A DNA stretch of 63,119 nt, filler included, from Octopus bimaculoides (GCF_001194135.2; 3 parts of 2 records of this genome joined end to end with filler, not necessarily neighbours in it), one strand, 5' to 3'. Positions 13,073 to 25,648 are shown, counted from the first letter of the whole stretch. Program-made: numbers and translations. Notes: generated from the letters alone by a model not told the origin.

Positions 13073-13353
13073 TTGTCTGAATTTTATAGTGTTAATTGTC
13101 CATTACGGCCAGTCTTACCAATCGGTTTTGCATGAAACTATATAATTGAGTGTTGGGCAACAAACCAGTTATATAATATACGCTCATCAGAGATAGCCAA
13201 CATGGTTGCCATTTTCCCTTCCATGTTGGCTATCTCTCATGAATGTATATTATATAACTGGTTTGTTACCTAACACTCCATTATGTAATTTCACGCAAAA
13301 TCAATTGATAAGACCAGCTGTAGCGGACAATTAACACTCTAAAATTCAGACAA
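13073..13353. mobile_element. Foldback MITE with TA flanks
   Basis: Near-perfect 280-bp palindrome (ttgtctgaattttatagtgttaattgtcc ... ggacaattaacactctaaaattcagacaa), centred on gatagccaacatgg/ccatgttggctatc. Confidence 0.85.
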
Positions 13354-13484
13354 TATACCCTTTCTACTAACAGTTATATGAGTGCATCTTCTTCTTGACT
13401 TATGATCTTCTGCATATATATATATATATATATATATATGGAGAGAGAGAGAGAGAGAGAAAGAGAAATATATATAATATAATA

Positions 13485-14905
13485 TGTGACAATTATTCAG
13501 TTGTCATAATAAAACTCTGAGTTTCAGATGTTGGGGCTGAAATCTGCTCTGGCATCTCGTCAGTTATTAAGACATGTCTAAAATACATATATGCTATATA
13601 TGCATACTCTCACTCACACTTGCAAAAAACACATGCATGCACACCCACACACACATCTATATGTATACATATATATATGCAACCATAACATGTACACATA
13701 TAAATACCCGCACACACGCACACACGTATATACCCATACGCACACAAATATATTCATATACACGTCTATATACACACATGCACAAAAAATTCAGGGTGAA
13801 AGGTAATATACAGAAAAATATGTAAAAATATATAAAGCAATAAAAATATATAAAAATATATGTATAAATATGTAAAAACAATATGTAAAAAATATATATA
13901 TATATAAAAATATATATAAGGATAATATGCTTGTACGTAGGTACAATATAAAAAGCAGGTTCTATCTGTGATCTTGGTGGGGACCAAAAACTTAACAAAT
14001 ATTTAGCCATATGTGGACATGATACAAAAAGTTCAGTTCTTGAATTTAGACATGCAGCTGGGTTTAAGCTGCTTTTCCAAATGAGTCATCTTTCCATATC
14101 GCAAAGACTGCACTTTTCACTGTCGTTCATGTAAGGCTAGCACTTAGCTAAGATCTTCCAATGGATGTTGTAATTGACACCTTTTTCTTTTAAGGACCAT
14201 ATATGACTGGATAATTTGGTTGTTTTTCTTTCATCCCAGTGTCTGAAGCTTAAGGTGTGATTGTTGAACCTGGCTTTAAAATTCCCCTCTCTGAGACCCA
14301 CATATTTCTTTGACGAAACTATGTCCTTAGTGGTTGTAGAGTCTACGGTGGCTTCATAAATGATGGTTTCGGACATGCAAGCTCCATTTAGTGGGCACAA
14401 ATTTTTATCTCTGAATGAACAGCTGGTTTCATTTTGTTGTTTTTGTGTGTTGTGTGCGATTATATTTTTAAAATTAGTAGTTGAGCTAAAACTGATTTTT
14501 AAGTTATGTCTAATGAAGTGCTTTCTGTAACTATGGTTGATTGGAAAATGTCTATCTGTAAGTGATAAGAAATATTTACCTATATTAAAGGTCACTTCGA
14601 GGGAGTAAGGGTGTGTGAACCAGATAGTTTTCCTATTCCCATGTTTCCTTTTCTTTATTATTGGACTGGTGGCAGGTGTATAGGTTATTTCCTTGTTAAA
14701 TCCACTATCTTTTAGAGCTTTATTTTATATTGGAGCAACACTATTAAAAATGTCCCTATTGGAGGAGAGGCTAGAAATTCTTTTGCTAATGTTTTTAAGT
14801 AAATTTTTGGGGATGGCAGGAACCTACATTAATATAACAAAATCTATCTTTGGGCTTCCCATAAGGTTTGTAAATATTCTTATTTAAATCTAAGGATACA
14901 TCTAG
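13485..14905 (-). mobile_element. Penelope-like element, 5'-truncated: RT thumb, GIY-YIG endonuclease and 3' pLTR with HHR
   Basis: Minus-strand remnants LDVSLDL..YKPY..KNISKRISSLSS..IWF..PYS, then CPLNGACMSETIIYEATV..KYVGL..FKARFNNHTLSF..LSSHIWSLKEKG..IHWKIL. Confidence 0.88.
13508..13568 (-). ncRNA. Type I hammerhead ribozyme motif in a Penelope pLTR
   Basis: AATAA-CTGACGA-gatg..catc-t-GAAAC-TCAGA-GTT^TTATT. It is on the same strand as, and downstream of, the GIY-YIG ORF. Stem II is partly decayed. Confidence 0.7.
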
Positions 14906-14914
14906 GAAATTACA

Positions 14915-15600
14915 ATTTCAATTTCGATTTCACTTGCCCCAACAGGTCTTCGCAAGCAGAGTTTAGTGTCCAATGAAAGAGAGGTTGGCATGGGTGCCAG
15001 TCATCGAATTTGGTTCGATTTCAATTTCACTTGCCTCAACAGGTCTTCACAAGCAGAGTTTAGTGTCCAATGAAGTAAAGATATGAATAAGTGAGCTGGC
15101 TACACTACTGGCAGAGGCCATGGATTATGGTCTCACTTGGCTTGCCGGGGCTTGTCACGCACTGCATATTTCCAAAGGTCCCTGTCACTATGACTGGCAC
15201 CTGTGCCAGTGGAGCACTAACAGCACTGTCCTAGTGTGATCATTGCCAGAGCAGCAGCAGTCTGGCTTCCGTGCCAGTGGTACGTAAATAGCACCATTTG
15301 AGCGTGATCGTTACCAGTGTCGCCGTACTGGCACTTGAGCCAGTGGCAAGTTAGAAAACATTTGAGCAAGGTCGTTGCCAGTGCTGCTGGACTGGCTCCT
15401 GTGCAGGTGGCAAGTAAAAAACACCATTTTGAGCATGACCATTGCCAGTACTGCCTGACTGGCCCTCGGCATTAGGAAGGGCTGTAGAAACTCTGCTAGA
15501 TCAGATTGGAGCCTGGTGCAGCCATCCGGTTCACCAGTCCTCAGTCAAATCGTCCAACCCATGCTAGCATGGAAAGCGGACATTAAACAATGATGATGAT
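14915..15600 (+). mobile_element. RTE LINE 3' UTR with (GAT)n tail, same family as 11396
   Basis: Shared gtccaatgaa/acaggtctt segments, ttgccagt..actggc hairpin units and the terminal ccaacccatgctagcatggaaagcggacattaaac-(gat)n. Confidence 0.85.
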
Positions 15601-15878
15601 ATATTACAGATAAATTTCTCTATTTACATAATAGCGAGGTCTCATTCAACCTTTTGTTGTCATACTACTATTACTATTAATGTGTGTGTGTGTGTGTGTG
15701 TGTGTNNNNNNNNNNNNNNNNNNNNNNNNNNNNNNNNNNNNNNNNNNNNNNNNNNNNNNNNNNNNNNNNNNNNNNNNNNNNNNNNNNNNNNNNNNNNNNN
15801 NNNNNNNNNNNNNNNNNNNNNNNNNNNNNNNNNNNNNNNNNNNNNNNTGCGCGTGCGCAAGTGTGTGTGTATATATAT

Positions 15879-16780
15879 AAGGTGGGTGGAAAGTAACTAG
15901 GCATTAGAAATTGCTTAGAATTTTTAGTATCACTTAAGTCATGATGAAAACATGTTTTAAACAGACAACACTAACGGGGAATTTTTATTTTTTTATCGTC
16001 TTATTCCTTATTTTTTATTTTCCAGATGCCCGGCTGCTTGACTGTCTAAGAGTGAGCTAAGATAGCAGCATGCTTTGAACTGTGCAATTCGATTGTTTTG
16101 ATTCAGAGATGGTGGCATGCATGGAAAGGTAAGCATGCAACAGTACATCCAGAGACAATAAAAAGTTGTTATGCAAAGCTGATGACCACAGACTCTGTGA
16201 ACAATGCAAGGAAAAGTGGCCAGCCAACCACATCCTGATCAGCGGAGACATGGCAACAGTCCAGGAAATATTTAATTGCAGCCCACAAAAATCAACACAT
16301 CAAGCAGATCTTAGAAGTGGACTAGCAAGACACACAATTTGTACAGTGTTGCATAAAGAACTGAATTTTCGTTCATAGAAACCCCATTACATGCAGGAGC
16401 TAAAATCTGAAGGTTGTGCTGCATAAGTCTAGAAGTGCAAAACTCCAAGAGTGCGGATCGTACTCCATGTGATTTTTTACCTGTGAGGTTACACAAAAGA
16501 AGAGGTGTACAAAACAAAACCTCACACACTGGAGGACTAGAAAACATGGATTCAGTAGGTTCACAATGATATCCCAGACGACGTCCTTCAGAAAGTTGTT
16601 CATTCTATCCCTGGCCATTTGAGTAAACTGTTTGACGCCACTGGTGCTTACGTTGAACTATGAAGACTTACTTTTATTTTCCCATGTAATAAAGAACATG
16701 TATCATTTGCTTCAATAAATTTGTCAAAGGAATATGGATTTTATTACCAATTTTTAATGCCTACTTACTTTTCCACCACC

Positions 16781-16783
<3 letters not shown>
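15879..16783 (+). mobile_element. Internally deleted Tc1/mariner-superfamily transposon
   Basis: TIRs aggtgggtggaaagtaactaggcattagaaattg / caatttttaatgcctacttacttttccaccaccctg with TA flanks. HTH remnant SPQKSTHQA..TICTVLHKELNF. Confidence 0.75.
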
Positions 16784-16851
<68 letters not shown>

Positions 16852-17115
16852 AGTAAAAATAAATACATATATATCGATATGATGATGGTAGTCTACAGTA
16901 ATCAAATGTTCTGTACATTAGCCCACTACCTCCATCAAATCAATGTTGCCTGAACAGGTGCATGGTGTACCACATGTCAGGTGTTAAAGTGATCACAGAC
17001 TGTGAGATGAAATGTTTTGTACAAGAACGCAATGCAACACCCAGTCTAGGAATTGAACTCACAATCTTGCAATCGTGAAAACAACATCCTAACCATTAGG
17101 CCATGCACCCTTACT

Positions 17116-17153
<38 letters not shown>

Positions 17154-17968
17154 GTAAAATGAAGAAAATACAGATTACATAAATCTAAATTAATATCTCT
17201 TTAAACAATCTGTAAAACTCGTACCTAGCTAGTTTAGTTTGTTATTGTCATTCATGTACATTGTCATTCACAGTTTGTGAATCCGAGGTCAAACACCAGC
17301 TAAATTTGTTGTATGACTTGTAGAATATATTAGAAACACATAAAGAATAAAGGTGTATTATCAACAGTTTGTTTAGCTTACATGTGTTTCTAATAGCATG
17401 ACGCAATGCAAGAACTGCACATTGCAATATGCATATTTAATCGAGCCTTCATTTCAACAACTGAATTGCCATAGAAATAGAACACTTAGCTGCCATGGCA
17501 TTCTTTAGAAAGAAGGAAAATGCACATACTTTACATAGTTTTAATATATTTTTTAATATATTTTATATTGTGCTTGTTTCACTTTCGCTAATCATGACAT
17601 TAAAATTTATTTAAATACGTATTTTCTTAAGAAAAATTTTTTTGTCCATGTTGAATGTGGAGTTTATGAATAAATGATTCAACAAGTAGAAAAATCTAAG
17701 GGGAAGTAATTGGTGATCATTATTATTGTGTACAGGGGAGATAATTGCTCATCTTTCAGTGGGGGAGGGAAATTATATATATGCAAAAATCCCAAAACTA
17801 CAGTAGTGGGAAGAAATATGTACAGTGATGGGTATGTAATCATGGATTAAAATATGTATAGAGATCAATGTTGGTTATGCATACATATTTAGGCATCTGT
17901 ATTTTTTGATGAATAAATTTTCTTTATTTAAACGTTCTTTGAATCTTTGAACTGGCAGAAGAAATTTG

Positions 17969-18704
17969 GGATCTTTTTTAAAACGGGGGCCACATTTTTC
18001 ATTAACGAAACACTTTGAAACTTGGAACACTGGTAGAATGTGTCATATAAAACATCTTTTTCTCTTAGTCTTCTTAAAAAAAAAAGAAATCCATAAGTTA
18101 TTCCATGTTAAAGTTGTCGTATTTCTGTAATTTCAACCAATCACTGACGTCCATTCAGCCGATATACATTAAGTGCCGACTACATAAACAAACGATTCTG
18201 AAACAATTAACCCTAACCCTAACCCTAACCCTAACCCTAGGGTTAGGGTTAGGGTTAGGGTTAAAGCAAATTTAAAATGAAAAAAGNNNNNNNNNNNNNN
18301 NNNNNNNNNNNNNNNNNNNNNNNNNNNNNNNNNNNNNNNNNNNNNNNNNNNNNNNNNNNNNNNNNNNNNNNNNNNNNNNNNNNNNNNNNNNNNNNNNNNN
18401 NNNNNNNNNNNNNNNNNNNNNNNNNNNNNNNNNNNNNNNNNNNNNNNNNNNNNNNNNNNNNNNNNNNNNNNNNNNNNNNNNNNNNNNNCAAAGGAGTAAA
18501 TATAAACAACTGAATACTTGTCAGTGATTGGTTGAAATTATCGAAATAAGACAATTTTTTACATGAAATAAATTCGAATACAAAAATATTTTTCTGTTCT
18601 ATAACACAAAATAGATAAGTATACGAAGTTTGAAAGTCTTTCCGTACCAAAAACACTACGTAAAACATTAATGAAAAATGTGGCCCCCGTTTTAAAATAG
18701 ATCC
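17969..18704. mobile_element. Non-autonomous TIR element with an 8-bp TSD (gaaatttg) and an internal telomeric palindrome
   Basis: TIRs ggatc..aaaacgggggccacatttttcattaa / ttaatgaaaaatgtggcccccgttttaaaatagatcc. TSD at 17961-17968 and 18705-18712. Subterminal inverted repeats around aatttcaaccaatcactgac. Confidence 0.85.
18208..18263. repeat. Interstitial telomeric palindrome (TAACCC)5-TA-(GGGTTA)4
   Basis: Read directly from the sequence. Confidence 0.95.
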
Positions 18705-19456
18705 GAAATTTGGTTTGATGTTACCTGTACGTCTCTCTATGTGTTCACTTAAAGGAATCTGCCTGTATTGCAGGAACTGGATCTGCACTTTATGTAAAGT
18801 GGTTCTTCGTCTCAATGTTATACTCATCTGTCCTATATAGTGATGTCCACAGCCCAAGCAGGTTATTACGTAAATTAGATTCTCAGAGGCACAAGTGAAG
18901 TTGGTTTTAGTTGTGAACCTCTCTCCTTGTTTGAAAAGGAAATCCAAGCCTTCAAGTAGGTTGAGGCACGTTCCAGTTTGGGCGTCCACATTTTTTAACA
19001 GTTGGTTTCGTGGTTGTTGTGCAAAGCTTTGCATTTTCTAGAAGCCTCTTTAGTGATTTGTATTGATTTTTGCATTTGATGAATTTATGTGCTTTCAGGA
19101 TGTTGTTCATTTTTGGGTCTCTAGTTTGTAAAGGAATATTTTGCACAATGGTGTTGTATGCCTCACTGTTTCTAGTGTTGTGAGTTGATATATACAGTAG
19201 TGTTTTGAGATGCGGTGTGGTGTTATGCTTTGTTGTCCTTAGTGTTTTATGTCTAATTTCTTGGCATGCTTAATTCCATCGTCTATAAGTGAGGGTGGAT
19301 ATTGTCTTTCAGTTAGTGTTGTTCTGAGGACTTGAAAATGAAGGTCCCGAGTAGTTCTTTCAGACACTATTATGCAAATCCTTTTTGCCAAATTAGAGGA
19401 GATATTTATTTTGATGTGTTTCGGATGGCATGAGCTAAAAANNNNNNNNNNTATAT

Positions 19457-19513
<57 letters not shown>

Positions 19514-19789
19514 AAGATATAGGGCAGGGAATTGTTAATTAATTAATGATTTAATAATTAACAATTTTGCCAAGTAGTTCAGTATGCAAAAAAACATTTA
19601 TCGGTAAATCATTTATAATTATAAACATATAGGGATCAGCAGAAGTTGCTTCACCAACACACTGAAAATTTAGAAATAGCTGTTAAAACTGCTAATTCTA
19701 ACTACAATTTATTCTCCAAGGATAACAATATTTATGGCTCATAGAACAACAGCAGGGAAAAAAACGAAACACAAACCTGTCGTTAGTTA

Positions 19790-19848
19790 ATCATGTACAA
19801 ATCTTTCGTGATTAGAATATAAAAATTCGTCTCACTCATCAGCATGAT
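19790..19848 (-). ncRNA. Type I hammerhead ribozyme motif, third sequence family
   Basis: ATCATG-CTGATGA-GTGA..20 nt..TCAC-GAAA-GATTT-GTA^CATGAT. Stem I is a perfect 6 bp and stem II is 4 bp; stem III has a G-G mismatch. Confidence 0.65.
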
Positions 19849-20220
19849 ATCCAAAATTATAAATTTGAAAATGCTAATAAACCCATGTATATTTGAGCAT
19901 GCGACATCAAACATCACATAAGAAAAATTTATATATAACTATATATATATATATATATATNNNNNNNNNNNNNNNNNNNNNNNNNNNNNNNNNNNNNNNN
20001 NNNNNNNNNNNNNNNNNNNNNNNNNNNNNNNNNNNNNNNNNNNNNNNNNNNNNNNNNNNNNNNNNNNNNNNNNNNNNNNNNNNNNNNNNNNNNNNNNNNN
20101 NNNNNNNNNNNNNNNNNNNNNNNNNNNNNNNNNNNNNNNNNNNNNNNNNNNNNNNNNNNNNNNNNNNNNNNNNNNNNNNNNNNNNNNNNNNNNNNNNNNN
20201 NNNNNNNNNNNNNNNNNNNA

Positions 20221-20345
20221 TATAAGGGCATTAACTATATAGTAATGCCTCATGCTCAGAGGGACTAAATAAGTCAAAAACTACCAAAAAATAAGCAACA
20301 TATTTACCGAAAGCGAGGCATTACTATATAGTTAATGCCCTTATA
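20221..20345. repeat. Perfect 31-bp inverted repeat with a 63-bp spacer
   Basis: tataagggcattaactatatagtaatgcctc (20221-20251) and its exact reverse complement (20315-20345). Confidence 0.9.
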
Positions 20346-20447
20346 TAAATTATATATATTTAGGGAAAAAAATGATGAGTTTTTTTCATTATGAGGTTTT
20401 TTCACACTGACTACTTGATAAATTCTTATAAAGATTTTATCCTATAT

Positions 20448-20484
<37 letters not shown>

Positions 20485-20859
20485 CATCCTCATCATCATC
20501 AACCTTTTATCATCCACATTTCCACACTTGCATGAATCAGACAAAATTTGCTGGGGCTGATTTTTTATGACAGGATGCCCTCCTTGTCGTGAACTCTCTC
20601 CTGTATGTATGTATGTATGTATGTATGTATGTACGTATGTATGTATGTATGTATGTATGTGTGTGTGTGTGTGCGTGCGTGTAAGCTTGTGTGTGTATCA
20701 AAACTTTCTCCAAATTCACCTTTCAGTCATTAGCACAAAGCAGAAGTCTAAACATGCTGGCTTTACTTTGTTTACATTCCTGCATTATCCTTTCCTACTC
20801 TCTATGGAAAACAAGAAAATGTAAATTTATTTTGATCTTCATTGCATTGCAGTTTTAGC

Positions 20860-21200
20860 ACATCAGCAATGCCAGCAAAAGAGACACTCCAAAAAGGATG
20901 CTTTACCTTCTCCAAATATGTATAACCTCTACACTGATGATATGCCAGCAGCAACATCTAATATTAGCCTCAGATGGATGCACATTATACTCTGCTCTCA
21001 GAAAGGAATTGCAGCATGGCTGGTTCTATTTTACATAAAATATTGTAGAAGAGCTTCCTTTGTTCAGTCATCTCCCTTGCTTAGTTGAACTTTACTCTCC
21101 CTCAATATACCAGATTTCTTTGCTCACCATATTTTGCTTGTCTTTATTATGTGGTGGGATATTCATTTGTTCTGAATCCATCCAAGTACCATCTGTGTAT
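20860..21200 (+). mobile_element. Highly decayed LINE RT fragment
   Basis: LPSPNMYNLYTDDMP resembles the LSPxLYNLYTxDxP motif of non-LTR RTs. Confidence 0.45.
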
Positions 21201-21440
21201 TCTGCACCACGCCTATCATCTCTTTCATTTCCAGGGTGATCTTTACAGCTATGTATATATGTATGCATACAAAAGGGTATGTGTGTATTTGCACATGTAT
21301 GTATTATCAGTTAGTTGTCTATGAGTCAGAAAAAAGTATACCCTCATGGAAAACAGAGTAGTTATATTTATACTATTATTGTACTGCATGTCTTTCCAGG
21401 ACTATGTATAGGTGCAAATATATATATGTGCACACGCACG

Positions 21441-21497
<57 letters not shown>

Positions 21498-22639
21498 ACA
21501 AGTATAGTGATGCAAACAGGAAAAATAGAACTCAAAATATGAGTATATATATATATTTTTATTAATACTTTCAACTGTGAGGATATATACTTATCTTATA
21601 GGGATGAAATCTAGTTACACTGGCTTAATAACCTATATCTATGAGAAATATCACATCAATATAAATGGATATATTAAAAACAAGAAAAAGATGGAGAGTA
21701 TATAGATATAAATTAATTTATTAATATATAGTTAATTAAAAATGCCTACAATTGTTTAATTTTACTCAATACTAATAGCAAATTTATATATAAAATAAAA
21801 TTTTCAGTTAGAATATTATATGAGTAAAATCTCATGGGGGATAATTGACATACAAGAATTATATGTTGTTATAATAAACAAAGATATGTTTATATGGTTG
21901 TGTGGGTGTTGATATATTTCATAAGAAAATAAGAAAATAACATAAAATAAAATACAAATAAAAATGAAATAAAAATAAATAAAACAAAATGTGAATAAAA
22001 ATAAATAAAACAATGTAGCCATTATAAATGTATATGTCTATAGATTTTACTAATTTGTGTGTGTGTGTGTTTGACAGAATAAACAAATTCATTTACTTAT
22101 GCTTATGCAGGTATTTTAAAATGAAAATAATACATTATATGTGCATATTATTTCAGCTTATAATTATTTGTGTGTGTGCATGTTGACCTATTTTAAAACA
22201 AAGGAACCATTAAAGTCAAGCCATCCAACCCATGCCAGCATGGAAAAGCAGACGTTAAACGATGATGATGATGATGATGTTGCTGAAACAATAAATATTA
22301 TTATTAATTAAAACTTACAATTTAGTCTTAATAGTTATTTTAAATATTTTATCAATTTGTATTAATCCAGGATGTAGTATAATGTTTATCACATGATCAA
22401 GTTGGGAATTTGATATAAGGAATATGTCATCAAAGATTGTGTTGTTATTATTAAACCTCTATTTTGTTTATAGATTAAAAGACATACTATCATAACATTC
22501 AATCTAACATAATATAATATAATATAATATATTTATTTATTGAATTTTATTGAATAATATTAAATTATATTTTATTTAATTTAATTGTACTTTCAAATTA
22601 CATATTTAAAGGATTTACAGATTTACAGATAAAACAGAT

Positions 22640-24783
22640 TCTTGATGGTTATTAAGAAGTTTAAATTTCGAAGTCAAGATTTGGTAGATTTTGTCAATGC
22701 ATAAGTTACAGCATCTTTTACCAATATTATAGGATTTAGCATGACCAATAATATCCCCACTTAAGTTTATATTCCTTATTATTATCTTTTAGCTTTCAAA
22801 TAAATTTTCTTAGACTGGGGCTATTTAATTTATTCCTATTCTTACATGTGAATTCATGATTTGCAATTTTATGCTTTATGAAATTCTCAGTAGACCCAAT
22901 ATAAAAATAATCTACCTTCAGATTCAACCCTACATCTATATATTACATTATTTTGCTTACATAAATTATTAAAATAACATTTTTCCTTAAATTTACAATC
23001 ACATCTTTTATTTGTATCATTTATCCTATAAGCAATACCCATATCATTAATGTTTGTTGTGTTAGTTATATTAACATCATAGTTTTATTGTTAAAAAGGA
23101 AGGTACATGGGTTACTTCCCTTCTGTCTTTGGATGTTTTCATCATATCATTACCGGAATCAGATCTATTTGAGTAATTATTCATTAAATCTGTATTGTTC
23201 ATATTTCTGTTATTATAGAAATTAACCAATTTTTTGTTATTAATTGAAGCAATTATTCCAGAAATGTTCTGGGATACAGAGAAACCAATTCTTAGAGATT
23301 TTTTATTAATTATTTCACTCTATTTGTTATTCTTAGTAAATTGTTTGGAAATAGATTGGTATAAAGATCTGATTAAGTTGGTTATTTGCTTTGTAAAAGG
23401 AATAATTAACCATACAATATTAGTTTTATCTTCAATAAGTGATTTAGCAAAACTAACATATGGGGTATAGCAATTGATTTTATTTTTATTTTTATGATTA
23501 TTAATATTAGGTTTTATATTATCCTTATTATTTTTTTTATTTAAGTATTGAATGTTATCACTATTATTATTAGACTTAATTTTTATTTCCACTTTATTAT
23601 TATCATTCTTATTCTTCAAGTGTTGTTTATTAAGTTTGGAATTTAAATTTTCACTGTTAACTTGTTTATTTTGAGTTTTGATTTTATCCCATTAATTTAT
23701 ATGTTTAGTTATTGGAGTTTTATGGTGATGAAATTTACCAACCATATATTCATTATCATTACACCTAGAGTATTTAAACTTCCTATTGCTTTCCGTTTTG
23801 CCATAAGTCTTATTTCTGTAATTTACATAAGGTTGATAATATTTTATCTTTTATATCCCACTTTATTAAGGGCTAAGTTATAGTATTCTACATTATTATT
23901 GAAAATCTCTTCATTAGATTAAAGGTATGACATTCTTCTTGAAATATTTAGAATTAAAGTATGTGTTACTGATTTTGGATGATTACTTTGAAAATTAATA
24001 TATTTTAAGTTAGCATTAGGTTTATGTGTCCCAGTAATAAGATTAAGATTAACATCTAAAGTGTTGATAGAACTATGTTTATTTTCTATAGTAAGAGATA
24101 GTCCATAGTTTTTAAAGAACTTCTAAAATATTTTTTTATATAATTCTAATTTTCTATTGGATAGGTCTTTAATTGCAAAAAGTGCATCATCTCTATATAA
24201 TCCTCCCTTAACATCAGGAAATTCCCTACTTAAGTTAAATAGAACGTATATTCCAACAAGTTCAGTTAGTTGTGCAGAGTCAGCTAATCCTATTGTTATA
24301 TCAAAACAATTATTAGTATCCTTCCTAACCTAGTATTTATTGTCAAAGTAAATGATAGATTTCCTAGCTTTTAAAAGAATATTCATTTCCTTCATACTTA
24401 GCTTTGAGCTTTTTTTTTAGCAAATTAAAGTGCTTTGTTTAATAATATAGGATTAACAGAAGAATGATAATTATCTATATCGATTGTAAGAATTTATTTC
24501 TATTTTTATATTCAATGCTATTAAACCAGTATATTGCTTCTTGTGTGCTTATACCCACACAAACATATAAACATATCTTTGTTTATTCAGTTTGTTTATT
24601 CAGCCTAACAACATGTAATCCTTTTTATGTTGATTAGCCCTGATAAGATTTTACTCATATAATATTCTAAATGCAAATTTTATTTTATTTCATCTATAAA
24701 TTTATAATTAGTATTGAATAAAACTGAAACAATTGTAGGCATTTTTAATTAACTTATATCTATATACTCTCCATTTTTTCTTG
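22640..24783 (-). mobile_element. Ancient, very AT-rich Penelope-like element (RT and GIY-YIG), pseudogenised
   Basis: EAIYWFNSIEYK..KFLQ(F)DID; FDITIGLADSAQLTELVGIYVL..GGLYRDDAL; WLIIPF; CYFNNLCKQNNVIYRCRVE..FYIGSTEN..IANHEF..LKWG. Confidence 0.85.
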
Positions 24784-24896
24784 TTTATCATATTCTATAT
24801 TTTTATAAATATGTATGTATGTTTGAATCTATATGCTTATACATATATAAATGTATATACACACCTGTGCCTATATGTATATACATATAGGAAAAA

Positions 24897-25295
24897 GCAT
24901 GGCTGTGTGGTAAGAACCACATGGTTCTGGCTTCAGTCCCACTGCATGGTACCTTGGGCAAGTGTCTTCTTATATAGCTTCAGGCTGACCAAAGCCTTGT
25001 GAGTGGATTTGGTAGACAATAACTGAAAGAAGCCCATCGTATATATATATATATGTATATATATATATTTGTGTTTGTGCCTTTGTTTCTGTAATTGTCC
25101 CCCACCATCGCTTGACAAACGATGTTGGTGTGTTTACGTCCTCATAACATAGTGGTTCAACAAAAGAAAACAATAGACCAAGTACTAGGCTCACAAAGAA
25201 TAAGTCCTGGGGTTGATTTCTTTGACTAAATCTTTTTAAAGCTGAGCTCCAGCATGACTGCAGTCAAATGACTGAAACAAGTAAAAGAATAAACA
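24897..25295 (+). mobile_element. Family A SINE, near full length
   Basis: Head, (TA)n middle and a 3' body ending aaacaagtaaaagaataaa. Confidence 0.85.
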
Positions 25296-25611
25296 AAAAT
25301 AACAAGTATACAAATGTAGGTTGTGTTTATCCCCACTTTAATGTGGGTGTTCTCTAAGAGACAACGAAACTGCAACTTTAACCCTAAGAAGACATCTCCT
25401 GCAGCAGGTTTGTTCATATATATATATATACAAATGAGTAACAGAAAATTACAGGTGTCAATCAATTATGGCCTTTTCCAATGACTCCATTAATTGATTA
25501 ATGAAAATATANNNNNNNNNNNNNNNNNNNNNNNNNNNNNNNNNNNNNNNNNNNNNNNNNNNNNNNNNNNNNNNNNNNNNNNNNNNNNNNNNNNNNNNNN
25601 NNNNNNNNNNN

Positions 25612-25648
<37 letters not shown>

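Larger units (their letters stand above)
17875..19440 (-). mobile_element. Penelope-like fragment (RT thumb and GIY-YIG), interrupted by a TIR element
   Basis: QYPPSLIDDGIKHAKK and CASENLIYVITCLGCGHHYIGQ..LHK. The frame resumes left of the insertion as RLNKENLFIKKYRCLN. Confidence 0.8.

Noticed and set aside
15130-15465. CRISPR-like array of hairpin repeats
   Set aside because: It is part of an RTE LINE 3' UTR, the inter-repeat segments are homologous to each other, there are no cas genes and the host is eukaryotic.
17440-17520. Hammerhead in the 3' region of the 17875-19440 Penelope fragment
   Set aside because: A TGCCAT/ATGGCA stem and a CTAAAGA remnant are visible, but GAAA is absent. 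Too decayed to call.
18208-18263. Telomere fusion site or true chromosome end
   Set aside because: The orientation is opposite to a fusion scar, and the tract lies inside a TSD-bounded mobile element present twice.
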